Source of the DNA: Schizochytrium sp. TIO01
Taxonomy: Eukaryota > Protista > Bigyra: Labyrinthulomycetes
Assembly (NCBI GenBank): GCA_004764695.1
Contig: SMSO01000033.1
Location: forward strand, 496,001-560,000
DNA: 64,000 nt
Reading direction: 5' to 3'
Part shown: piece after piece, positions 12,193 through 23,003 of the stretch
How positions within the stretch are numbered: the stretch's first letter is position 1
Layout of the letters: the number at the start of each line of letters is the position of its first letter
Notes under the pieces: generated by a model
What the model saw: the letters and a program-made list of their open reading frames with translations, nothing else
Told to the model about the DNA's origin: nothing
Databases searched by the model: none
Program-made: the position numbers and the translations under genes

Positions 12193-15100
12193 ATGGGCGG
12201 CACTTCGCGCGGCGCTAGTGTTGGTGCAGGCGGTAGCTTGCGTCTAGGCGGTGGCTTGCCACGCGTGGCAGCTGCTGCAGTGGATTTTGTGGCGTTGCAG
12301 GGCGAACAAGGTTGCTCACTGGAGGCTGTTTGGACCTTTCTATCCTCGAAAGATGAGTTCGCCGCTTGGATTTCCAACCGGAAGGATGCGGTGTGGCAAT
12401 GTTTGTGCCGTGTGAACTCCACAACCCTCCAAATCGTACCCAGCTCCGCTTCTGCCAATAAATCTGCGCCCGAAAATGGCAAAACTGTCAAACTCATAGC
12501 TGGAGATCGAGCTCGACTTCAGGCGCTTCGAATCCCATTTCCAGACGTTGTGGGTACTGAAGAAGCTCTTAAAACGCTAGAGACGATTGCGTCGAGTCTA
12601 GGTAAAGGCTTTCATACTACAGAATTAAGCGAGAAACTGTCAGGCCCTCAAAAGGGCTCTGGAAGCAAAGGTGGGCGACGAATTCATTACCTCTTTGACT
12701 CGCTTGAAGAACTGCAGCTCGTGGAAAAGAATGGTGAGCGGAAGGCTAGCGGCTCGAGAAATCGAATGCGACACGCAAGATTTTCAACAAAGGAACAGAT
12801 ATCGGAGTCCGGCGCCGAAGAGGCGACTTCGGAAGTCTTCGTAAGACTGAGACGATTTGGCCTGAGGATTATTAAATTCATGGCAGCAATTCGCAATGAA
12901 CTTGGCGTCTCGCAACTTGCGTATGGCGACGTTATCTTTTTACTCGGGATAAAATCCCGGGCACTGTTTGGGTTTCTGGAGCAGGAGTGGAAGGCAGGGA
13001 GGTCGTGCCTGGAGGCTTCTCATGCTACTATCCGTTTGGTGAGTGCCAAAGATCGAACTTCCGATGAAAGCTTTTTCACACGAGTTGCACGACGGGCATC
13101 TAGGGGAAAGCTATGCGTTGATGAACGCCGAGTTGTCATTTTGCACAGCGCGCCACTTGCTAATACAAAAGGCGAGGGATCCAAACCGACACCAACTGTA
13201 AATGATCCAGATTCGAATGACTCTGACCCGCAGGATGACGATGAGGCTATTGCCGTTGCTAGGCGGATTCTTGGCATGCATGTTCCAGGTGCATTGCACG
13301 GTGTGTCACATACACAACAGCTTTATGAAGCAGTACTTGCCGCTGGTGAGTCTGGAATGTCTCTTATCGAAATGGCTAATTTGATGGCCGTTGAACAGAA
13401 ACCATTGTCACGATCATTCCACAAGCTAATGGAGGGAGGTCCCAAAGTCGCATCTAAAGCCCAGAGCCTACCTGTTCAGCTCTCTCAAACGCGTGCTGTT
13501 GGCAAGTATAATGCTGTCGGTATGGCTACCGCCCGTCAAGATGCAATTGATGCCTATCAAGCATCATGCCTTGCTGAGGAGCGTGCAGAGCGTATTCATA
13601 GACTCAAGGTGAAAAAACTCTTGCCAAGTGATGATGCGGAACTTGGGCCTGTGCAGCGTCACGACCGTGTCCAGCTCCGCTTAAACACCATTCTTCAAGA
13701 GATTAAAGAAACTGGTGTTGCCTCAATCCGTAGATTGGTCCGCGCTATTCGCGATCGCGAAGTTGGTATGTTTGAAGGCACTTGCGATGCCGAGTCTGTT
13801 CGCCGTCTTGTTGAGCGTTGTCAGGGTGAAGAGCGTCCACCAGGTATGCCTAAACTCCGCCTTGTTGAGTGGTGCCCAGGCCTTACAATAAGGGAAGATG
13901 GCGAAATCCAAGTGTTGAGCGACTCCGCTGCGGAAGAAGAGACCACAGAAATGGCAAAACAGCATTCAGGTGTAGAAGCAGGGCGAACAGATATGGATGT
14001 GGACCAAGAGAATGGCGTTGAAAGAAACCCTGCAAATGCGGCAGAAGACAAAGCCTCGGCCACTCAAGAAGAGGCACCACTGCCTCCTGCCGCAGATCCG
14101 ATGTTTGTCGATGATAGCGGCCCACCCATGCCTCCACCCATGGACGAGAGCAGTCAAGATGCCGAACCTCCCCATCCCCCTACGGTCTCTGAAACAACAA
14201 TAGATGAAGAGAACATTTCCCCGGATGAGAATGTTAATAAAGGAAGAGGGAAAAGGAAGAGTAAGCGGGACGATACAAACGTTGCAGATCCATCCAAGTC
14301 AGGAGGCGCAGGTTCGAATGAAATGGAAATTGCAAGGAGTAGCGCAATCGGTGTTCAACTGGTATGCAATCTAGACCAACGACCTACCCCACTAGCTCTC
14401 GAAAGGGCGGCACGTGAAAAGCTGAAATACATTGTTGCGCGCCCTCAGACATCAAGTATCGCTCAGATTGTGCGTATTCCTAACGAAGATTACATGAAAC
14501 TGTTTTTGTCCAAAATGGAACCAGGACAAACCGCTCTTGATGTTTTTCGGAAGATGGACCTTGAAGCTGCACAGAACTTTGTAGAAGCTGATTTGCCGCG
14601 AAAGAAAGCTGTTCGCCGTAAGGCAATGAAGATGAAAGCTATTACTTTCCCGGTTGGACCTGGTTACGCTGCAGACATGCTTCAGCAACTTCTTTCAACC
14701 TTACGTAAACAACATGGCTCTGCACCGCGAGTACTTGATTACTATTTTGATGTGCGCCTCATGGTCCGCTCACGCCTGCTACATGGATATTTTCTGGAGT
14801 ATTGCAAAGAGGCCCACCCAATAGAATGGGCAGCAGACAAAGATATATCCTTCGATATGGACGAAGCATTACGAGAGATGCCTGTGCTTCTGTACCTTCG
14901 TTTAGTAAAACGACCTATATCATTTGATGGCACGGGGCCCAGCTGGAATGAGAATACATGCGAGCGCGCTCTAGAGGCTGCATTAAACGAATGTAAAGTG
15001 CGTGAAGTACAAAGTGACGAGTTTTTCGTGCACGAAGCCCCATTTGCCTCCTTGCAAGCACTAAGTACTGTCGGGATTTTATCCAAGACTGACCGCGCAA

Positions 15101-16941
15101 CACTGACAAACTCTCGATGGGTTCTCTATGCAAAAGCTAATTTTAGCTTTTACAATGACAATGCGTCACCAAAGCCAGCGCGGAATAGCGAGGATGTTGA
15201 TCGGTTTTGGTCTGCTCTCTATGACGAAGCATCGAATCGCCAATCACACCTTAATGAGCCTGGTGAGCTCTGGCAATCTAGCAGCTGGGCTATTTTCCCT
15301 GTCAAGTCAAAGTCTGCAAAGTCTAAACTTCGCGTTGCCTTACTCGGTGTTGACGGAAAAGGTAAAAAGAAACTTAAACGCAAGCGCCAACGCAAATCAT
15401 CGCGTAAGGGAGAAGGTCATGGCGCAGTGCGTGGCCCAGGTGACCCCCAGCTCTGGAGACCGCAAAAGCGTAAGCATACGCCTCTTACTAATGAACGGGT
15501 GGAACCATGGGCGGCTAATGTTACAAAGATAGGATTTGATACCTATTTACGAACTTTAGATATGGACTCTGTTAAAGAGACACTGGTCAAGGATGAAATT
15601 GATGTCGAGGATTCAGAAGTCGCTCGAAAGAAGTTACGTTCTGCCTTGGAGTTTACCTCGAGGCCTGTGGACTACTATAAGGCAGTGGACGAATGTCGTA
15701 CTTCTCGTGACGCACACCCACGTGTGTGGGCTTTGCGTAAGCTCGTGGTCTACCACTTGTTGCAGTTAGCAAGACAAGATCATTTTCGCTCGTCTGCTCG
15801 GAAATTCGAACATTTGACACGAAATCTGAAGCGCTTCCCTTATGCTTTAATTGCCGATGTACTTGATGAGCTTGTTGTTTGCGGATTTCTTCGTGATTAT
15901 CCCCTTGATCCTGATCCCCGCTGGACACGCTACTTCGTCCAGAACATTAATCGAGAGGCATTTAAAAAACACATGAAGAAGGTTTGCACGGAAATGCAAC
16001 GCCCTCGGCGAATTCTCCCTGCTGCTTTCTCTTTTACACGGCCTTCGAAAGGAAATGTGAGCGAGATGAAGGAGTTGCGTGAAGACATAACAGGTTGCGA
16101 CCTTATGAGAATTTTGCCAATGTTTGCACTCGGCGAAGCCAGCCTTTCTCTGCAATATCAAACTTTCCGCGACCCAGAGAACCAGGGGCCACCTTTGATG
16201 GAATCTGAGCGCAGTCGTCGCGCTCCTCGTGTCCCTGTTTCTGAATTAAAAAATACAGAAGACACATTTAAGGTCATTCTGAAGACTGAACCTGGTGAAC
16301 TCCCCACTCACAATGCCACCCTCCCGTTCGCAGCAAACAAAATATCGGATCCGTCTACAGAACCTATGGAAGTTGATAATGACGCAGGCGTTGTTGAACT
16401 TCTCACAGAGGATGAGTTTGAAGATCGCCTGCGCACAGCTGGCGAGGATGGTCTGTCCGAGGCCCATGTTTTGAAGCTTGCATCGGACGCAACCATTTCT
16501 GACCTGTTGAAGAATAATCAAATCATCAAAGCGTCCGCATTCCATAGTTATCGCTATATACATGCGGACCATGCTTGGCCATGGCTTCTTCCTTCGCTGA
16601 TTTCAAACCCTGAAGATTTACCCTCTGAAAACCTGGTTATTTTGCAGCCATGGCTACAAATGGATGGCCAGGTCGACACACATTTTAAACGTTCTCTGAC
16701 CCGTGCGCTTGTACTTTTTGTGCTTGATTTTCCGGGTACAACACGCAAGGCCATCTTCAAGTCCTTCTATCCTATCCTCGACCTCATGCACATCGATGAG
16801 CTCCTTGCTCCTCTGACGCAAGGGCCTGATGCGCTGATTGAGATTCATGTTGCCGAGGGAGGTGTGGAGCTGCTATCGCCTTCTTTGCGTGCCCTGGATA
16901 GGAGGTTTCTACTACCAGCTGAGAATAGTGACGCATCATGA
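12193..16941 (+). CDS. Putative TFIIIC B-block-binding subunit (GTF3C1/Tfc3-like)
   Basis: About 1580 aa from the first ATG. N-terminal DFVALQGEQGCSLEAVW resembles the EVALEGxxG start of GTF3C1; winged-helix-like segments; C-terminal QPWLQMDG..FPG; basic NLS-like tracts. Confidence 0.7.
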   Translation: MGGTSRGASVGAGGSLRLGGGLPRVAAAAVDFVALQGEQGCSLEAVWTFLSSKDEFAAWISNRKDAVWQCLCRVNSTTLQIVPSSASANKSAPENGKTVKLIAGDRARLQALRIPFPDVVGTEEALKTLETIASSLGKGFHTTELSEKLSGPQKGSGSKGGRRIHYLFDSLEELQLVEKNGERKASGSRNRMRHARFSTKEQISESGAEEATSEVFVRLRRFGLRIIKFMAAIRNELGVSQLAYGDVIFLLGIKSRALFGFLEQEWKAGRSCLEASHATIRLVSAKDRTSDESFFTRVARRASRGKLCVDERRVVILHSAPLANTKGEGSKPTPTVNDPDSNDSDPQDDDEAIAVARRILGMHVPGALHGVSHTQQLYEAVLAAGESGMSLIEMANLMAVEQKPLSRSFHKLMEGGPKVASKAQSLPVQLSQTRAVGKYNAVGMATARQDAIDAYQASCLAEERAERIHRLKVKKLLPSDDAELGPVQRHDRVQLRLNTILQEIKETGVASIRRLVRAIRDREVGMFEGTCDAESVRRLVERCQGEERPPGMPKLRLVEWCPGLTIREDGEIQVLSDSAAEEETTEMAKQHSGVEAGRTDMDVDQENGVERNPANAAEDKASATQEEAPLPPAADPMFVDDSGPPMPPPMDESSQDAEPPHPPTVSETTIDEENISPDENVNKGRGKRKSKRDDTNVADPSKSGGAGSNEMEIARSSAIGVQLVCNLDQRPTPLALERAAREKLKYIVARPQTSSIAQIVRIPNEDYMKLFLSKMEPGQTALDVFRKMDLEAAQNFVEADLPRKKAVRRKAMKMKAITFPVGPGYAADMLQQLLSTLRKQHGSAPRVLDYYFDVRLMVRSRLLHGYFLEYCKEAHPIEWAADKDISFDMDEALREMPVLLYLRLVKRPISFDGTGPSWNENTCERALEAALNECKVREVQSDEFFVHEAPFASLQALSTVGILSKTDRATLTNSRWVLYAKANFSFYNDNASPKPARNSEDVDRFWSALYDEASNRQSHLNEPGELWQSSSWAIFPVKSKSAKSKLRVALLGVDGKGKKKLKRKRQRKSSRKGEGHGAVRGPGDPQLWRPQKRKHTPLTNERVEPWAANVTKIGFDTYLRTLDMDSVKETLVKDEIDVEDSEVARKKLRSALEFTSRPVDYYKAVDECRTSRDAHPRVWALRKLVVYHLLQLARQDHFRSSARKFEHLTRNLKRFPYALIADVLDELVVCGFLRDYPLDPDPRWTRYFVQNINREAFKKHMKKVCTEMQRPRRILPAAFSFTRPSKGNVSEMKELREDITGCDLMRILPMFALGEASLSLQYQTFRDPENQGPPLMESERSRRAPRVPVSELKNTEDTFKVILKTEPGELPTHNATLPFAANKISDPSTEPMEVDNDAGVVELLTEDEFEDRLRTAGEDGLSEAHVLKLASDATISDLLKNNQIIKASAFHSYRYIHADHAWPWLLPSLISNPEDLPSENLVILQPWLQMDGQVDTHFKRSLTRALVLFVLDFPGTTRKAIFKSFYPILDLMHIDELLAPLTQGPDALIEIHVAEGGVELLSPSLRALDRRFLLPAENSDAS

Positions 16942-18707
16942 CAAGCTTCCTCTACAAGTGCTACTAAACAAGACTCTACCGTAGACAAATCCAACGCAGA
17001 TATACCCCCAACTGGCGGAAAACTTCCTCCATTGACAAAGTGAACAGCCCGTTCGTTCCACTGGTCTAATGCAACAATTGAGGAAGGGAGAGATTTATCA
17101 AGACTACCTTGTATAAAAGAACGAAAATGTTTAGTAAAGAGTTATTCTATCTGCTATATTCTCTATGCCTCACCTTCAACCTACACAATCTCGTCGTTGT
17201 GCTTCTTGAGTGCACTTGTACTATCGTATCACGCAGAAGTTGATTTCTGGGCCGCTTTCATGGATGCTTTACGTCAGCAGGTGTGGTGTGCGAATTTTTC
17301 GTAGCCAGTATATGTTTATTTATTATTAATTTTTTTTTTAAATAAATATGATTCCGCATCGGAGACCTGCGTTATTCTCGTATTCGCTTCGTGGGGCACC
17401 AGCTGTTCTGGTGAAGAGTCCAGGCCTTATTACTAGGCGTCCAAAAGCCCACGGCTCCACAACAATTCATGATGGTTGCATGCCTCCCCACGCAAGTGTT
17501 TTCCTCTTTTGGTCCGGTATCAATTGACCACGTCCAGGCCACACTTGTGTATTTCATGTCGAGGAAACCTTCCCCTTCCCATGCAGGCTCACTTTGGGAG
17601 ATACCCACCCCATCTCCACCCCAGTCCAACCTCCCCAATGCATCACATGCTCCCGCGACTGTCCTTTGCCATTAATCCCATCAATATCGATATCGTCGAG
17701 CATAATGCGGCAGTTCTTCACCACCCACAGCCACGCACCTCCGTAGGGTACCCGCACATGTCCCTAAACCCTCTCAGGTGTGCACCGGACATTCGGCTAA
17801 ATAGAGCTGTAGCTGGCCCCTAGCGTTTGCAGGTGGTCCGGGAAAACCTTGGGGGTGGTTCTGCCGATGCTGACGTACGCCTCCAACGTCGTTGGGTCAG
17901 GAGGAGAAAGGAAAGAAGGCCCATTACGAAATCGTAAACTCGCTTCCACAAGCCAATTCCTGGCCAATCTCAGGCCCTCTGCCGTCGCGGGCCTTCGCAA
18001 GACGCTCGCTAACGCCCCCCTGCCTGCCAGGCCTGCCTTGCCCGAGGCCACCCGCGCGGTGTCGCCGTTCTTGCGTCTGGGAGTTTTCTTCATCCTCGCT
18101 ATCTCCGCGCCTTCTTTTTCAAACAGCGCGACATTGCCTGAGAACTCGGACTCGCTCACTCGCTCAGAGCTCCTTTCTTGCTGCCGGGCTGCTCGGTCGC
18201 GAGCTGGAGGCAGACATTTATTCGCTTGTCCGCTGTTCGTGCTGTGCTGCTTGTCTGCGCTGTTTCCGAGCAGGTAGATAGATAGTTAAGATCGGTCGCA
18301 GGCAGCTGGAGCTCGCTAGCTAGCTAGCCAGCAGGACCTCGACTCGACTTGAGTCCGCAGTTCGTTCTTCCGTCGCACCGGGATCAGGATCAGCTCGCGC
18401 CTGGGCTGTGTAGGTAGGCGTTCCATTTATACTGGCGGATTGGGCACCGTTTGCATCAAAGTCCGGAGGGCTGAAATATCGCATTTTCGAAGCGTCGCGG
18501 TCGCGGACTGGCTGCGCTCGAGCCTCGGGAGGTACCGAGGTGCGTGTCTACGTACCTGCTGTGCAGGCTGGCCGGGGCTCGAAGGTTACAGGGAGATTTC
18601 ACCGACACACACACATAGAGAGAGAGACACTTACACACTCACGGTCGGGTCTGCTCTGCTGACGTGAGCTGACGACGCCGACGAAGGTACTGTTTGTTTG
18701 TATCGTC

Positions 18708-18747
18708 AGAGTGCTAGAGCGGTAGAGTGCTAGAGTGCTAGAGTGCT
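18708..18747. repeat. (AGAGTGCT)x5 octamer tandem repeat
   Basis: Four perfect units and one variant unit, about 200 bp upstream of the patatin ATG. Confidence 0.85.
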
Positions 18748-18944
18748 AGGCACCGGTAGAAGGTGTAACGAGCGCCAGGTACGGTAGAAAGCGCTTTTAT
18801 TAAAAGTTGGAGGTTCTGTGGTAAAAGGGTGAGATTTGTCCCGGGGCAGCAATACCTCAACTGCGGCTGGCAAACCCAGAGAGGGGTAGGTTTCTGAGAG
18901 CAAGGCAGCACCTAGCTAGGAGTAGTATATAGAAGTGCAGCACA

Positions 18945-20360
18945 ATGAAGGGACTCGAGTTTGGGTTTTCAGCCTCGGGCTGGTTGATGATGTGGGAACT
19001 TGGTGTGGCGTACTCCTTGCAGCGCCATGGTGTCAGTGAGTCAGATGCAAAGTTCGCTGGGTCGAGTGGTGGAGCAGCTGTATCTGCAGCGTTGGCACTT
19101 GGTGTTGATGCAAAACTAGTAGCAGACTATATGGTGCGATGCTGTGCACATTGGTACTCAAACCCACTGCGTAACATGTGGAAAATGCGGGAATACGCAG
19201 AGAGCTGCTTGGAGCGTTGCCTGAGTGAATCCTCGCACGAGCACGAAGGGTTGATCTCGGGAAGACTTAACGTGCAAGTGACTCTGCTACCGTCCGTTCG
19301 AGGCAAATTAATCAACAAGTTTGCGAGCAAGGAAGAACTGCTTAATGCAGTGCGCGCAAGTTGTACTATGAGCCCTGTTGCAGGAATGCCTTTTCAGTAC
19401 GTGTCTGCTGATAAAGATATCGATGGAGCATGGGTGTTTGACGGTGGATTGACTGCTGTTATCCCGGTCCTGAGTGAAGACACTATCACTGTCTGCCCGG
19501 TATACTTTATGGACGCGGACATCAAGCCTTCTCGTTTTGTTCCTATCCACTGGGCTGTATTTCCGCCCTCGTTGCAAGAGTTCCAGGAACTCTTTTGGCT
19601 GGGTGCTCGCGATGGCATGGTTTGGCTTCACGAACAGGGCTATGGTTCATTTTCGTCCCACCCGCATGACCTGATTTCTGAACTCAAGGTCCAGCAAAAG
19701 CTTGCGAGTAAAACAACACGAATCAAACCATTGCAAACTCGAATGCAAGTGTCCTCGCATAGCTCGTATGATCTTCAAAAGCTGAGCATGAATCCGCACG
19801 CATGCGAACTTATTGAGCTTCGCCAGCGGTCTATCAGTTGGTCGAGTATGGGCAGTTCTGACACCGAGGATTCATTCTCTTCATTACGTGTACAACGTAT
19901 CATTAGTCATGATGCGGCACTAGCTGGTGTACCTATGTCACTTTCCCGAGAAAACGCATCCCGTATGGGAGATTCTATGCTTGTTGCCGTCGCAGGAACT
20001 CTCATTAAGCCCATGGCGTTATCTATTGTTTACACAGAGCTTTGGTCACGAGCAGCAGTTTCCGCTGCAAATGCTGCTTTTGCATTTGTTGAGGAGAAGC
20101 GGCGTGCAAAGAAGCCATCCAAGGGGGGTTGGCTCTCATTGCGCCGGTGGGTTCATGAAGAGATGATTGGCACAGCCCCAGATAGCTGGGAGGCAGCAAC
20201 TTCATATCTTGGAGCTGCTGTAGATCCTTCGGCATGGATCGCCCACGTTCCTGTCGTGGGAAGCAGGTTGATTCAGAGCAGCCAGGCCGAGCAAACAAAG
20301 CAAAAGTTCGAGAAGCATTCTATCTCATATCGCTTGCTTTCGCGTGCGTCGCTTATTTAG
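18945..20360 (+). CDS. Patatin-like phospholipase / triacylglycerol lipase (PNPLA, ATGL-like)
   Basis: Nucleophile elbow GSSGG, catalytic DGG (VFDGGLT), ELLNAVRASC and TITVCP motifs as in PNPLA2-type enzymes. Confidence 0.9.
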   Translation: MKGLEFGFSASGWLMMWELGVAYSLQRHGVSESDAKFAGSSGGAAVSAALALGVDAKLVADYMVRCCAHWYSNPLRNMWKMREYAESCLERCLSESSHEHEGLISGRLNVQVTLLPSVRGKLINKFASKEELLNAVRASCTMSPVAGMPFQYVSADKDIDGAWVFDGGLTAVIPVLSEDTITVCPVYFMDADIKPSRFVPIHWAVFPPSLQEFQELFWLGARDGMVWLHEQGYGSFSSHPHDLISELKVQQKLASKTTRIKPLQTRMQVSSHSSYDLQKLSMNPHACELIELRQRSISWSSMGSSDTEDSFSSLRVQRIISHDAALAGVPMSLSRENASRMGDSMLVAVAGTLIKPMALSIVYTELWSRAAVSAANAAFAFVEEKRRAKKPSKGGWLSLRRWVHEEMIGTAPDSWEAATSYLGAAVDPSAWIAHVPVVGSRLIQSSQAEQTKQKFEKHSISYRLLSRASLI

Positions 20361-21401
20361 ATATATTATGACTTCGTGACTCTTATTCGTATGCACTTGC
20401 GCATACATAAAGGCAAGGAAGAGTTAGGATGTAGACTAAAACAACATGTGAGAGCTTGATTATCCCAGTCACTCTTGCAGCTCATCACTCTTAGGCAGCA
20501 CCATCCCATCCTCGCTTCTTCATTGTTTCCGTTCCTCTACTTTCGCTTTTAAAGCCACTTGTTACACATACAATATTCTTTTTCTAATCACTGGCTTGTG
20601 TAAAGAATTGCCATGTTACCCGTAGCGGTGCAGAGCAACGTTTGCCAAGTAAGACCATGATCTAAAGATAACTTTGTCTTAGTTTGTTAGTTTAATTTGA
20701 TCCCTACAATTTTCGATTTGTCTTCGACTTTTACTTATGTGCTTGCATGAGCCTCAGGTACCAACATAACAACCTGATTAAATATGTTTGGCAATTGGAC
20801 TTTCTTGTTGGCATCAGAGTTGCACCTTCGAATGTTGCATTTATCGTTGAAAATTTAAACATAGAAATCAAAAATGAAGTTTAAAATTACTGTGCAAAAA
20901 GGAAGGAGCGTATATTAGTTGAGAAATCTTTCTGAACATATGTGTGAAGAAAGAAAGAAAGAAAGAAAGAAAGTTTAAAGGATGACATATTGCGCAATTG
21001 CGGGAAAAAAACAAAAACAAAGTACATGCAGAGCTTGCCGCTAGCAAATATCCAAGGAAATTGCAACAAGCTTTGTAAGCCCGTTACTTAACCGAGACTT
21101 GCGTTTTAGTGGACTGACTACTCTTGGAGAAATGGCGTTCAATAGAAACCACATACAAACACACAAACACAAACAAAATACAACCACAAATGCTCGAGAA
21201 AGCTCTTTCCTCTAATAACAGAGCTCTTTGGTTGGTAATTAATAAATGTTTGTTTTTTTCTCATCCTTCTTAAAAAGTATGGTTGACATCAAAAAGATCA
21301 CACACATTGATAAACCTCTATCTCCTGAAAAGGCTCATCTACAGTCATGTCAACTTACTCAGAGCAACGAAACACGAACAGAATGATAGTCAACAGCAAG
21401 C

Positions 21402-23003
21402 CTAAGAAAAGTGACGGGAGAACCGCGATGAGAATTTGCTAACGAAACCCAGACCCGGTGGGGGGCGAATACCCTTTGGAGCATTTGGTGGAGCCGGGTT
21501 GGCAGCTGCAGAGCTGGACGAAGGTGGTGGCGGAGGAACAATTCCGGGAGGCGGTCTGCTTGCTTTCGTAGGCTTGGGTGAAAACATAGGAGGCGGCGGT
21601 GGCACGCGTGAAGCAAAATCATCATCGTAACTATCGTAACGCTGGAAGGCGGAATTTCCACCAGGATTACCAACATGTGGTGTAATCGGCTTGAGGTGGT
21701 TCGAAGCATCCTCCGGCCCTGAATTATTAGAAAAGTACCCACGCAAATTGCCGAGTTTCGTCGAAGCACGCACGCCCCAATCTGAAAATGAATTAAAACT
21801 CGAGGTACTTGCTAGACCTGGGGGAGACTTTGTGCTGCTGCCTGCGCTACTTCCTCCGGGCCCGCCTGTGTAAGAGGTCATTGCTATGCTATTTACATCG
21901 CCATTACTCGTCCTGCGTTTTTGGATATGGTTACGCCGCACTGCAACCAGGGACACGACCAGCACGATCGCAGTAACACCAGCAACAACACCCGCAATGA
22001 CAATAATCATCGTCATGCTAAGTCCCCCTGACGCCTCAGCATCAGTATCTTCGCTGCTACCTGTCTGGGTATCTGGAATAGTCGGCGCATGTGAAGGAGC
22101 ACTTGTTGGGAAAAGAGTAGGGGCCTGTGTGTTCTGACGTGCACGACACGTATTGTCTGTCCAACGACAGGCCAGTGTATGCCATGTGTCCAAACTACAA
22201 TCATCAACCGTAAAGAAGGTCTTGCAGTAGAGATCTCGCTGACCATATTCAAGAGTTGTAGGTGCGTCAGTTGGTGCCAGGGTTGGGTACATAGTTGGGC
22301 TCACTGTTGGTAACATAGTCGGGTACTTTGTTGGTGCATCAGTAGGAAAATTCGTCGGGTACAACGTTGGCGCATCAGTAGGGTATTTCGTTGGATACTT
22401 TGTCGGCGCATCAGTAGGGAATTTGGTGGGCGATTGAGTAGGGAAATTAGTGGGGCTAAGAGTTGGACTAAGAGTGGGTGCCGGGGTTGGGAGGTACTCC
22501 GTGTACAAGCATTTGACTGCACCCCATTTTTTCTTCTTGCTGCTAGCCCTAACGTTGTAAGTTACAGTTCCCAAAGGAGGGCACCAACGCATTGTGGTGT
22601 CACCTTCTGTCACACCTGATAATGAGTCAATACCGTAAGGTCTGGCTTCTGCAATAGTTGGGGGATAGTCGTAAGTATAGACTTCACTCTGCCAGTTTCT
22701 GTACGTGAAAGGAAACTGGCAGTTTGTTTCTGTCTGGATGTAGCCCGGGTTATCAGCGTAAATGTAACACCCAAATGGGTTACTATCCGTAGTGGGCGAA
22801 TTTGATGAGACTGGAGCGTCTGTTTTCTCTTCAGTCCTGTAAGCATCCTCAGGCACGTAGTAATAGTTGTCAGCTTCTGTGCCATTGTCGGTCGTTGCGA
22901 CCACCATCTTCGGTGCAGAAGACGCCAAGGCTGCTAGCAAGAGAACGGTTGCAAAAACATTCCTCTTCAAGCCTGAAACGCTGCTCAAGCTGTGCGACAG
23001 CAT
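21402..23003 (-). CDS. Type I membrane protein: signal peptide, fibronectin-II-like Cys module, PTxx repeat stalk, TM, Pro-rich tail
   Basis: Hydrophobic N-terminus; CQFPFTY...WC...WGAVKC; about 20 PTxx repeats; TM IIVIAGVVAGVTAIVLVVSLVAV followed by RR; poly-Pro cytosolic tail. Confidence 0.85.
   Translation of the reverse strand: MLSHSLSSVSGLKRNVFATVLLLAALASSAPKMVVATTDNGTEADNYYYVPEDAYRTEEKTDAPVSSNSPTTDSNPFGCYIYADNPGYIQTETNCQFPFTYRNWQSEVYTYDYPPTIAEARPYGIDSLSGVTEGDTTMRWCPPLGTVTYNVRASSKKKKWGAVKCLYTEYLPTPAPTLSPTLSPTNFPTQSPTKFPTDAPTKYPTKYPTDAPTLYPTNFPTDAPTKYPTMLPTVSPTMYPTLAPTDAPTTLEYGQRDLYCKTFFTVDDCSLDTWHTLACRWTDNTCRARQNTQAPTLFPTSAPSHAPTIPDTQTGSSEDTDAEASGGLSMTMIIVIAGVVAGVTAIVLVVSLVAVRRNHIQKRRTSNGDVNSIAMTSYTGGPGGSSAGSSTKSPPGLASTSSFNSFSDWGVRASTKLGNLRGYFSNNSGPEDASNHLKPITPHVGNPGGNSAFQRYDSYDDDFASRVPPPPPMFSPKPTKASRPPPGIVPPPPPSSSSAAANPAPPNAPKGIRPPPGLGFVSKFSSRFSRHFS

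Noticed and set aside
17797-18216. Antizyme-like +1 frameshift at CTC-TGA-G
   Set aside because: The downstream frame shows no recognisable antizyme motifs; retained only as part of the unexplained island finding.
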